Shown: positions 19,353 to 28,385, numbered from the stretch's first letter. The stretch: 64,000 nucleotides of DNA from an uncultured cyanobacterium (GCA_963719515.1 CAVRCJ010000007.1:64001-128000), one strand, 5' to 3'. Program-made: numbers and translations. The notes: generated from the sequence alone by a model not told the origin.

Positions 19353-21590
19353 ATGAAAATCTTTATATCTTGCGATCAAACTATTCTCAGGGATAAGGAA
19401 ATTTGTGAGGAGTTAAGCACTAGACTTTCCTCAAAATGGTTTGTAGGCAAACTGAACCCTATAAAACTAACAGTTTGGCATGAGGGTATGGCGACGGGGT
19501 TCCTTGAAAAGGAAATTGAGCATAATATAGCAATATCAAATATTGCTATATTAATTATCAGTCCTAGATTTCTTGGAACTAAAAATAGCGAAATCATCAA
19601 ATTGGAAACACGTTCGACAAAAGATCGCTTGATATTAGTCCCCGTATTGTCCGAAAGCATAGAATCTTGGGGTGTTGCCGAAAATGATGCTGCTGCTGCC
19701 ATCTCAATTGATAAACTATCATATTTCCCTTCAGATAGAACTATTTCTATTGAGGATCAATGGTCTTCAGAAAATCGAAGCAAGACATTTAAACATATAA
19801 TGTCAGATCTCAAAAAATTCATAAAGGAAGAGCATGAGCTTTATTATAAAAGAAGTCAGTATAGAAGTCGACTAGACTTAGAGTCTGCAGATTATCCAAT
19901 TGACAACGAAGCTTTTGAGAAACATCGAAAAGCATTGGAATTAAAAATAGACGAAGTCGATGATATCGAAAATACTTTCCAGGAAGAGTATCTTTCCCTA
20001 AAAGAAAAGTATAACGAAGCTCTTAAATCGATAGATTTCAACGAGCTAAGCTATCGGGAATCAAAAGAAAAAATTGGCCTTGTGCGTGATGAATTTCAGC
20101 TGAAGAGAGATGGAAAGATAGCTTCTAGGGAAGAAGAAGCAATATTGTCTCAGAAAGCAGCTGAGCATGAGAAATCGTTTAAGGAGTATGCGCACTTATA
20201 CAAGCAGTCTCTTCAAGAAATAGACAGTTTGCTAGACGGCGTTGAGCCAGTTGGAAATAGGCTTGAGAGATTACGTAAAGAGAGAGAGAGATTAAGGCTT
20301 TGCGAAGAAGAGGTCAGGGAAAAAGAAAGGCATTTACAGAAGGAGCGAGAGCAGCAGCTTTATGTGCAGGGAAGGCGAGATTTTCTAAAAGAATATAGTG
20401 AGAAGATACCCCAAGAGTATCCTGATTTCAGACACACTTTTAGAAGATTGAGAAATAAACACGGTCTAAATAGACAAGAATGGAACGACGATCTCAAATC
20501 CGAGGTGGATAGAATTGTTAAACAGCATAAAAGCTACTTGAAAGAGTATGAAGAGGCCTTAAATGACGTTAAAGATCAAATCAACTCATCTAGGCTATCA
20601 ATTTTTGAAATTGACGAACGTCTCGATCAGGAACTAAGCAATCTCAGGCTAGTGCGGAATGATATAATCCAGGAATGCGAGAAAGGTGTAAGAGAGCTTC
20701 AGAGGCAAGGCAATGGAAGGAAATCAGAATACGAAGTAGAACTTCGTCGGCTTAACGAGAAGTCTTCCAGAACCAAATTGACTGCTGAAACCAGTAGCGA
20801 TTTGAAACAATTAGCTAAAAATCTCAAGCTTCATGATCGAGACGTGAAAGACTGCGAAACCAGGGTGAATCGCCCTTTACAAGCTTCTTTGCAGCCACTG
20901 TTGAGAAACAATCTAGATAGACTCAATAACAGTCGTACAAGAAAGCGCTTAAGTATTTTTGGCGTGATCTCTATTGGTCTGCTCGTTTTACTTTTTGCTG
21001 TAAGAGCTTTTAGAAAAGAAGAGGCGCCGACTGTCGCTCCGTCTGAAGAGATGCCTCCAATTTCAGATGAGTCTTTAATCATTGACAGAGAATCCGCAAT
21101 TACCATCGTTGAAAATTGGTACAAAGTCAAATCAGTTGTGTACAACATAAACAGAATCAACGAGCTTGATATAAATGATCCTATTAAATATTTAGAGGAA
21201 AGCAAAGTTGTAACTGGAAGATTCTTAGAAACAGCGGAGAAATATGTAAGAGGAGTTCGAGCAGAAGAACACAACTTCCCTTTGTATTCATTTAATATTG
21301 AACACTCCACAGATACTAACTTTCGCATCTGTCCGCCTCATCAAACTAACAGCAGCGTATATCGAGGACATTCTGGGAAGGCAGAAATTCACCTAGATGT
21401 GCGGCAAAACGATGACAACAGTTCAAGCTGGGCGTTTGGACTGCTCTACGATAACTTCAGTCAAGCATGGAAGATTGAGTATGCAGAGCGTGGTGCCAAT
21501 ACTAACAAAATCTTAACTGAATTCAGAAGAAATTTTTGGGGCATTGAAAATAAAGATGACCCTATTGATTGCCCTTCAAACCAAGCATGA
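19353..21590 (+). CDS. Divergent TIR - helical repeats - single TM - extracytoplasmic (ARC6/IMS-DUF4101-like) protein
   Basis: MKIFIS...VWH...AILIISPRFL...LVPVL (TIR strand pattern); charged helical middle region; TM IFGVISIGLLVLLFAV; AITIVENWYKVKS resembles the start of IMS domains (weak call). Confidence 0.7.
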   Translation: MKIFISCDQTILRDKEICEELSTRLSSKWFVGKLNPIKLTVWHEGMATGFLEKEIEHNIAISNIAILIISPRFLGTKNSEIIKLETRSTKDRLILVPVLSESIESWGVAENDAAAAISIDKLSYFPSDRTISIEDQWSSENRSKTFKHIMSDLKKFIKEEHELYYKRSQYRSRLDLESADYPIDNEAFEKHRKALELKIDEVDDIENTFQEEYLSLKEKYNEALKSIDFNELSYRESKEKIGLVRDEFQLKRDGKIASREEEAILSQKAAEHEKSFKEYAHLYKQSLQEIDSLLDGVEPVGNRLERLRKERERLRLCEEEVREKERHLQKEREQQLYVQGRRDFLKEYSEKIPQEYPDFRHTFRRLRNKHGLNRQEWNDDLKSEVDRIVKQHKSYLKEYEEALNDVKDQINSSRLSIFEIDERLDQELSNLRLVRNDIIQECEKGVRELQRQGNGRKSEYEVELRRLNEKSSRTKLTAETSSDLKQLAKNLKLHDRDVKDCETRVNRPLQASLQPLLRNNLDRLNNSRTRKRLSIFGVISIGLLVLLFAVRAFRKEEAPTVAPSEEMPPISDESLIIDRESAITIVENWYKVKSVVYNINRINELDINDPIKYLEESKVVTGRFLETAEKYVRGVRAEEHNFPLYSFNIEHSTDTNFRICPPHQTNSSVYRGHSGKAEIHLDVRQNDDNSSSWAFGLLYDNFSQAWKIEYAERGANTNKILTEFRRNFWGIENKDDPIDCPSNQA

Positions 21591-21896
21591 CAAGCATGAG
21601 GTATAGGTCATGAAACCTTAGCACCTGAGTGGTGCAGAGAACTCTTGAAAATTCCATTAATTAATTAATGGATTGTTGCAAAACTAGCGATTTCTGAGAT
21701 CGCGAGTAGATTGAGACCAAACTTTACATATTTACGTGGTTTGAAGGCACATATTTAGGACTTATCCGGCCTGAACTAAGAAGAAAATATCCTCTCCCCG
21801 GCTTTTTTATATCACTAATCTCTAGCACAGTCGGCTATTTAGAAATACATTGCTTAACCAACTCATTTCTTAACCTCCTAATCCTCAATATATGAT

Positions 21897-22271
21897 TTAC
21901 CAACGCACTAAAAACTTTCGCGTATTGCGGGTTGCCAAAGTTAAATTATTCGCCAAAGCGATCGCGGCAATTTTCAAATTGTATGAACCGATTGGAGTAC
22001 CTGAACTTGCTAACCCTGCTCGAATCTGACCCGCTAGCAGCGCCGCCTCATCCTCAAAGGGCAGCGAGATAAACCGTGTCAGAAACGCTTGCTGCCAATC
22101 CAGCGTACGGGCCGGGTTATTACTGCGAAATGACCCGTAAAACAACTCAGCCTTGACCACAGAACACACCGCCATGTCCTCAATCGGGGTAGACAGTAGG
22201 CGATCGCGCACCGATGGCGAACGACCATTCAAATACACCACACACACATTCGTATCCAGCAGATAGCGCAT
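21897..22271 (-). pseudogene. vapC: VapC/PIN toxin, degenerate
   Basis: MRYLLDTN, VKAELFYG, GTPIGSYNL (Asp to Asn). The C-terminal tail is frameshifted; VGKSYIED*EV continues in another frame. Confidence 0.75.
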
Positions 22272-22274
22272 TCC

Positions 22275-22484
22275 CTACTCAAACGCTCCCGCCAAGTCTT
22301 CGTCCAGCGCATCCGAAACTCCTGCTTCATCGACGTGAATCGGGTCGCCTGCGCAGATGCTATATAGATTTTCCAAAGGCTCCACAACTAGAGTAGCCGC
22401 TTGCACCGGCTGATAAATCACCATTACCTCTATCTCTCGGCCCGTCAGCCCTACCGGAATATCAAGATGCAGCAAGCAGCCCTG
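22275..22484 (-). pseudogene. Cognate antitoxin, apparently 5'-truncated
   Basis: LHLDIPVGLTGREIEVMVIYQP...; stops 3 nt before vapC; no convincing native start. Confidence 0.55.
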
Positions 22485-22759
22485 CCAAAAACTCACCCTT
22501 GCCTCTTCGCCGCAGATGCGATAGATTACCTTGCTAGAAGCTGTAATCCGATGCAGCTTGACGACAACCCCAAAAATTTGGTCAAGACGGGTACGATCGC
22601 CATCACCAGTGACGATCGCACCCTGACCCTTAGACAGGAAATCGAGCTGTCTTCGAGCTAGAGAGTATTGTATTTCAATACTTCTGGCCATCCTAGACGC
22701 CCAAGACAAGGGATGACCGATTTTTGGGTTTTCTTACCCACACAACTCAAAGAAAACCC

Positions 22760-23074
22760 ATGACATTTCTATATCCTGAGCTGCCCTCCCATGGCGAGGC
22801 AGCACTCAGCTTGCCGTCCACCGAGCAAGCACCAAACCTGCTGACCACCCCCGACCCCGGCCCCAGCGGTGAATATATCCGCCATATTCTCGTCGGCTCC
22901 CCCGAAGGCGTCCGCGAAACCATCTACCGGCTGCACCTGCGCCGCTACGTCGAGCAGGCCCAGTGGACCGGCCCCATCAAAATCGGCCCCAACGGCATCC
23001 ACATCACCCCCAGCCAAGGGCAGATCCTCTTCTACCTGATGCGGCTGCGATCTCTAGACATGCCTACCGGCTAG
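22760..23074 (+). CDS. Small conserved cyanobacterial hypothetical protein
   Basis: EYIRHILVGSPEGVRETIYRLHLRRYVE..QW pattern; GC3-rich codon use. Confidence 0.7.
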   Translation: MTFLYPELPSHGEAALSLPSTEQAPNLLTTPDPGPSGEYIRHILVGSPEGVRETIYRLHLRRYVEQAQWTGPIKIGPNGIHITPSQGQILFYLMRLRSLDMPTG

Positions 23075-23083
23075 CAGCACAGA

Positions 23084-23108
23084 GTAGGGTGGGCACTGCC
23101 CACCTTAC
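23084..23108 (+). repeat. REP-like palindromic unit
   Basis: GTAGGGTGGGCACTGCCCACCTTAC between convergent genes; same unit as 3953-3978. Confidence 0.65.
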
Positions 23109-23124
23109 CAACTGGTGTGTAGAT

Positions 23125-23961
23125 CTAACGCACCAGGCGAGGATAGAGCCGACCACACAGGGCCACCAGCCCCGCCGTCACCCCAACCAAAACGGCAAAA
23201 TCCACAGCTAGGCCATAGCTCCCCGCCTGGCCCACAAGCATCAAATCCCGCAGGGCATCCACAAGGTAGGTCAAAGGATTGATTCGCGATAAAACCTGCA
23301 GCCACGGCGGCATGATAGAAATCGGATAGATGGCATTGCTGGCAAAAAACAGCGGCATCATCATCAGCTGCCCCACCCCCATCACCCGCTCATTGGTCTT
23401 CACCCAGCAGGCCACCGTGAGCGAAAACGTCGAGAACAGGGCCGCCCCCAGCACCGCAGCGATCGCCACCCCCAGCAGCGCCAGTGGATTCCAGTCTAGG
23501 TTGACCCGCAGGCAGGCCGCCACAACGTAGATCACCAGCAGCTGAGACAAACAGCGCACCCCAGCGCCAATCGCCTTTCCCAGCACCAGGGCCGAACGCG
23601 GCGCTGGGCTGACCATCAGCTTATGCAAAATCCCCAGGTCCTTCTCCCAAATCACCAGCAGCCCGGTAAAAATCGACATGAACAGGATGCTCTGCGCCAA
23701 AATGCCCGGCGTCATAAAGTCGATGTAGCTCAGGTCCCCAGTGGGGATGCCGCGCACCTGGGTAAACACCTGGCCAAAAATCGTCAGCCACAGCACCGGC
23801 TGCACCGCGCGGGTAAATAGCTGAATCGGGTCGTGCCGCAGCTTGCGAATCTCCAGCTCTGCCGCCACCAGAGATTTTTGGGCAAACTCCCCCACCGTCA
23901 CCCCGCCGGGGTCCGGCTTACCCCAGGCGTTGGGCGGTGCGTCGGGTGCTTGATGTGTCAC
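23125..23961 (-). CDS. ABC-2 type exporter permease
   Basis: YIDFMTPGILAQ, PLFFASNAIYP, INPLTYLVDALR; GTG start after CAGGAG. Confidence 0.9.
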   Translation of the reverse strand: MTHQAPDAPPNAWGKPDPGGVTVGEFAQKSLVAAELEIRKLRHDPIQLFTRAVQPVLWLTIFGQVFTQVRGIPTGDLSYIDFMTPGILAQSILFMSIFTGLLVIWEKDLGILHKLMVSPAPRSALVLGKAIGAGVRCLSQLLVIYVVAACLRVNLDWNPLALLGVAIAAVLGAALFSTFSLTVACWVKTNERVMGVGQLMMMPLFFASNAIYPISIMPPWLQVLSRINPLTYLVDALRDLMLVGQAGSYGLAVDFAVLVGVTAGLVALCGRLYPRLVR

Positions 23962-24718
23962 GATAGGCTCCTGCTTCAGTGGTGAGGTAGTCTCCGGTGT
24001 AGTGGATGAAGACATCATCCATCGTGGCCGCAGGCGTCGGCAGGCCCGCTTTGAGGCTAGCGGGCGTCCCCGCTGCCACCTGCTGCCCGCCGTAGAGAAT
24101 AGAGAGGCGATCGCACAGGGCGTCGGCTTCATCCATAAAGTGGGTGGTCAAAAAGACGGTGGTGTTGTGGTCGCGCCGCAGCTGCAAAATCAGCTCCCAC
24201 ATGGCTTTGCGGGCCACGGGGTCTAGGCCCACTGTGGGCTCATCGAGGAAGAGCAGGGGCGGCTGGTGCAGGGTGGCCTGGGCAATTTCTAAGCGGCGAA
24301 TCATGCCGCCCGAGTAGGTCTTCACCAAACGGTGGCCTACCGGCTCTAGTCCCACGTAGTGAAGGGCGGCGCGAATCCGCTCTAGCCGCTGCCGCCGGGG
24401 CACGCCGTAGAGCTTGGCCAAAATCAGCATGTTCTCATAGCCCGTCAGCGTCCCGTCGACGGATAGCGCCTGGGGGACGTAGCCAATGCGGCGCTGCACC
24501 GCCATAGCCTGACGGGTGATGTCGTAGCCCGCCACCGTGGCCCGCCCAGCGCTGGCGGGCAGCAGGGTAATCAGCATTTTGATTAGCGTACTTTTGCCCG
24601 CCCCGTTGGGGCCCAGCAGCCCGAAAACCTCACCCGGCTCAACCGAGAGGCTGACGGCGTCGACGGCGGTTTTGTCGCCAAACTGTTTGGTGAGCTGGTG
24701 GAGAGCAATGATGGTCAT
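23918..24718 (-). CDS. ABC exporter ATP-binding protein (DrrA-like)
   Basis: GPNGAGKS, YSGGM, LFLDEPTVGLD, TTH. Confidence 0.93.
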   Translation of the reverse strand: MTIIALHQLTKQFGDKTAVDAVSLSVEPGEVFGLLGPNGAGKSTLIKMLITLLPASAGRATVAGYDITRQAMAVQRRIGYVPQALSVDGTLTGYENMLILAKLYGVPRRQRLERIRAALHYVGLEPVGHRLVKTYSGGMIRRLEIAQATLHQPPLLFLDEPTVGLDPVARKAMWELILQLRRDHNTTVFLTTHFMDEADALCDRLSILYGGQQVAAGTPASLKAGLPTPAATMDDVFIHYTGDYLTTEAGAYRDTSSTRRTAQRLG

Positions 24719-25035
24719 AGTCCTAATTTTACTGCTGCACGAGCGTAGGTCTCATTGTGATACTCCCCGCGTGAGCCGGATTCGCGCTTCCGCTAAAAGG
24801 AGCACTTCTTCTAGCGCAGGTGACTGTTCACGACCGACACAGTGCTCTTGCCTCCCCGCATCAAACAGGCCAAGTAATTACCATGGTTATTAAGTAGAAG
24901 GCCATAACTAAACGACGCTAACAGGGGGTTCGCCCCCCGCCGGGGGGCGAACCTCCAACACCGTTCATTTGTGGCTAGCCACTTAATACCCTCTGCCCTG
25001 TCCAGCAAATGCCCATTTAACAGACGCCCGAAAAT

Positions 25036-27678
25036 ATGCCGAACGTATCATCAGATGTTCTCTGGGACGTAGCCGTAGCCCAGTGCTGCCAGGAACCGGT
25101 TCACATCCTGGGCTACATTCAGCCGTTCGGAGGGCTGCTGGCAACGGATGAAAACTTAGAGCTAATCACCCACGGGTCCGCTAACCTAGCGGGTTTGTTG
25201 GGCCTTTCGGCCATCCAAGGGGATGGGGCCAGTCTCCTGGGGCAAGACCTACAGACGCTGCTGCCTGAGCAGCTCGTCCATGACCTACGCAATGCCTGCG
25301 GACTGCCTTGGATTCAAGCGCAGCGGGAGCGCGTCGGTACTTACGACATCCAGGGGCGAAGCTTTGACATCAGCGTTCATTTTAATGGGCATCGCATGCT
25401 GATTGAGTTAGAGCCGCTGCCCACCGTTCTAGAACATCCAGCGGCCCTAGCGGCCCGCATGAAGGCCCTGCTTCAAAACGTGAGCAATTCAGAGATGCTC
25501 ATAAGGGCCGTAACCGAGGAGCTGCGGAATGCGACGGGCTTCGATCGGGTCATGGCCTATCGGTTTTTACAGGATGGGTCTGGGGAGGTGGTGGCAGAAG
25601 CTCGCTCTACCGATATGGCGTCCTTACTGGGGTTACGGTTTCCCGCGACGGATATTCCGGAGCTGGCCCGGCTGCTTTTTCGTAAAACGTCGCTTCGGGT
25701 TATTCCCCATATTGATGCGGCCCCAGTCCCCCTTTTAGCCTGGAATCCTGAGGAAGATCCATTGGATCTTTCCTTGGCCCAGGTGCGCGGCGCTTCCACT
25801 GGCCATACCCAGCGGTACCTGAGCAATATGGGCGTTCAGGGCAGTATGACCCTGGCCATCATTGTCGAAGGGCAGCTATGGGGCCTGTTTGCGCTACACC
25901 ACAGCCAGCCGAAGCTGCTCTCCCCAGAGTTTCGGACGACGCTTGAGTTGTGCGGCACGTTGCTTTCCATGCATTTGCAGCAGACGATTACCGCAGAGCA
26001 CTTTTATGCCCGCAAGCAAGCGGCTACGGTCCTCGCTCAAACCTTTGCCCAGGCAGAACCTTCACCGACCACCAGCGATAAGCGAGAGCAAGTTCTGAAT
26101 CAAAGCTGGGAAATGCTCGTGGTTGAGGCTCAGCCGCAGCTGTGCAAGCTGCTCAACGCGGATGGTTTGGCCTTTGTGGTGGACCAAAAAGTTTTGGCAT
26201 CCCACGGCCAGGTCCCCCCAGAGCGCTCCATTTTAGCCCTTATTGACCATGGGCCGCTCAACGAGCAAGTCCAGTCTGAGACCGGCGTTGTGGCTGTGGG
26301 CAGCTTTGAAGCCCTCTCGGAATCGTCCCCAGAAGTGGCGATCGCTACGGACTGGGGCGACAGTGCGGGGGGCGGATTTTTCTCAGTGAAATACTACGAG
26401 AACCATTATTTTTCCTTTTTTAGAAACGAGCTGAGTTCTGAGGTGCGGTGGGCCGGCAACCCCCACCAGCAGGACGTCGTGCCAACGGACGATACTGAGT
26501 TTCCGTTTTCTCCCGAGCGATCGTTCGACATGTATAAAGAGATCGTTGGTGGGCAATGCCGCCCCTGGAGCCGTGATGATTTGGCCATTATTCTAGAGGT
26601 CAAGTCAGAGCTGCAAAATCAGGTCGGTTTGTTTCTGCAGCAGCAGCAAAACTTACTGATTGCGGAGTTGAAGCACCGGGTCAAAAATATTTTGGCTCTG
26701 ATCCGCTCAGTTGCTCGGCAGACCAGTCGATCTAAATTGTCTGTCGCCGAGTATACCGACGTTCTAGAGCAGCGCATTGCGGCGCTAGGGCTGGCCCACG
26801 ATTTGATTAGCCATACAGGGACAGAATGGCCCAGTCTTCGAGAAATTTTTGCGATTGAACTGCGCCCTTACTTGGCTAATGAGTCTGAACGCCATCAGCA
26901 GGCCCAGCTCCTCGGGCCGAATGTCAAACTGAGTAGCCTCTTTGTCCCGACCTTTGTTTTGGTTATCCATGAATTGGTCTCCAATGCGGTAAAGTATGGC
27001 GCTCTGTCAGTTCCGGAGGGTAGGGTTGAGGTAAGCTGGCACCCGGTGAACGGTGGAGCTAGCCTGCACTGGCGAGAGTCCAGCGGTCCTAGGGTACAGC
27101 CGCCTCAAGAGCGGGGCTTTGGCTGTGAACTCATCGAACGCGCAATTCCCTACGAGTTTGACGGGGAAGTGACGCTACGCTTCCCCGCTACGGGCGTTGA
27201 AGCAGATTTCTGGATACCCCAAGATTTACTGGAGTGGATCTCTCCGGCCCAAACGCCACGGCGGCAAGAGCCGGCGCGACAGCTTGCGCAGGCTGTTCCC
27301 CCCCCTGGAAGTAAGGGACGAGTGCTAATTGTTGAGGACAGCATGCTGATTGCGATCGAGCTGGAAAATACGCTAAAGGCGCTCGGCTTTGACCCAGTTG
27401 ACTCTGCCCCTAAAGTTTCCCGGGCGCTGAAGCTGCTAAACCGAGAGAGATACCGCGTCTGCTTGTTGGACATCGATCTCAAGCACGAAACCAGCTTTGC
27501 GCTTGCCTATAAACTTCAAAAAGAGCAAATTCCCTTTCTGTTTACAACAGGCTATGACTCCAAGTACTCTATTCCGGACGACCTAAGATCTGTAGTTCTC
27601 CTTAAGAAGCCCCTGAACCCCAAAAAACTGCAGTACAATCTCGATGAGTTGCTGCGAACCTCAGCTCAGATAATTTAA
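25036..27678 (+). CDS. Bacteriophytochrome PAS-GAF-PHY with HWE histidine kinase and receiver domain
   Basis: CCQEPVHILGYIQP, FDRVMAYRF, FPATDIP, WAGNP, ELKHRVKN, HELVSNAVKYGALS, WRESSGP, C-terminal REC (VEDS..LDI..KP). Confidence 0.92.
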   Translation: MPNVSSDVLWDVAVAQCCQEPVHILGYIQPFGGLLATDENLELITHGSANLAGLLGLSAIQGDGASLLGQDLQTLLPEQLVHDLRNACGLPWIQAQRERVGTYDIQGRSFDISVHFNGHRMLIELEPLPTVLEHPAALAARMKALLQNVSNSEMLIRAVTEELRNATGFDRVMAYRFLQDGSGEVVAEARSTDMASLLGLRFPATDIPELARLLFRKTSLRVIPHIDAAPVPLLAWNPEEDPLDLSLAQVRGASTGHTQRYLSNMGVQGSMTLAIIVEGQLWGLFALHHSQPKLLSPEFRTTLELCGTLLSMHLQQTITAEHFYARKQAATVLAQTFAQAEPSPTTSDKREQVLNQSWEMLVVEAQPQLCKLLNADGLAFVVDQKVLASHGQVPPERSILALIDHGPLNEQVQSETGVVAVGSFEALSESSPEVAIATDWGDSAGGGFFSVKYYENHYFSFFRNELSSEVRWAGNPHQQDVVPTDDTEFPFSPERSFDMYKEIVGGQCRPWSRDDLAIILEVKSELQNQVGLFLQQQQNLLIAELKHRVKNILALIRSVARQTSRSKLSVAEYTDVLEQRIAALGLAHDLISHTGTEWPSLREIFAIELRPYLANESERHQQAQLLGPNVKLSSLFVPTFVLVIHELVSNAVKYGALSVPEGRVEVSWHPVNGGASLHWRESSGPRVQPPQERGFGCELIERAIPYEFDGEVTLRFPATGVEADFWIPQDLLEWISPAQTPRRQEPARQLAQAVPPPGSKGRVLIVEDSMLIAIELENTLKALGFDPVDSAPKVSRALKLLNRERYRVCLLDIDLKHETSFALAYKLQKEQIPFLFTTGYDSKYSIPDDLRSVVLLKKPLNPKKLQYNLDELLRTSAQII

Positions 27679-27727
27679 CTAATCTTAATCAGTTTGCACA
27701 GAATAGATATACCTTAACGACCTTTCA

Positions 27728-28153
27728 ATGGCAACTATTCTAATTTGCGAAGACGACATTTCTTTAGCGGCCTACTGGCGACAGCTGCTTGAGGCTGAGC
27801 GTCATACCGTTTACTGTAGCGAAACGGCTGCGGAAGCCTTAGCATTAACCGAAAAGATCTCGCCTGACTTGATCATTACTGACATGATGTTCAAGAAAAA
27901 TGGAAACTTTTTTCCTAAAGGTGGGTTAACGCTACTATCGGGATTGCGCAATAGAATGCAGCTCTCCACTCCAGTGATTTGCGTTAGTGGCTACAGGCCC
28001 AGCCGCTATAATCCTATGCCTGCAATAGAGTTTGCCAAAGTAATGGGAAGTGACTTAGCGCTCTACAAGCCGATCTCCCCAAGAAAGCTCATCAATACAG
28101 TTCACGAGCTGCTGCACGGCTATGATTTTCGCAGCGAACGTTTGGCAATGTAA
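27728..28153 (+). CDS. Single-domain response regulator
   Basis: ILICEDD, DLIITD, VSG, YKP. Confidence 0.9.
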   Translation: MATILICEDDISLAAYWRQLLEAERHTVYCSETAAEALALTEKISPDLIITDMMFKKNGNFFPKGGLTLLSGLRNRMQLSTPVICVSGYRPSRYNPMPAIEFAKVMGSDLALYKPISPRKLINTVHELLHGYDFRSERLAM

Positions 28154-28182
28154 GTAATATCTTCCCTGGTTCGTTGGCTTAA

Positions 28183-28385
28183 GAGGGCGTTTGAAAAGTA
28201 GCAAGCGTTCTGCATTACCCCCTCTAGCTCCCCTACGCCCTGCGGGCAGGCTAACGCCAAAGCTCAAGGGGGAGAACCAGGATTTCCCCCCTTGGCTTTC
28301 GCGCAGCGCGTCCTACGGACGCAGGAGGATTAAGGGGGGTGAAGCAGTGGCGTAAAGCTTTAACCAACACTTTTCAAACATCCTC
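28183..28385. mobile_element. MITE (IS5/IS1031-like ends), 203 bp, TAA target duplication
   Basis: TIRs GAGGGCGTTTGAAAAGT / GAGGATGTTTGAAAAGT (15 of 17 match); TAA at 28180-28182 and 28386-28388; no transposase. Confidence 0.75.

Noticed and set aside
22485..22709. N-terminal extension of the antitoxin ORF (144-aa track call)
   Set aside because: Unrelated sequence overlapping the leader of the opposite-strand gene; probably a chance open frame
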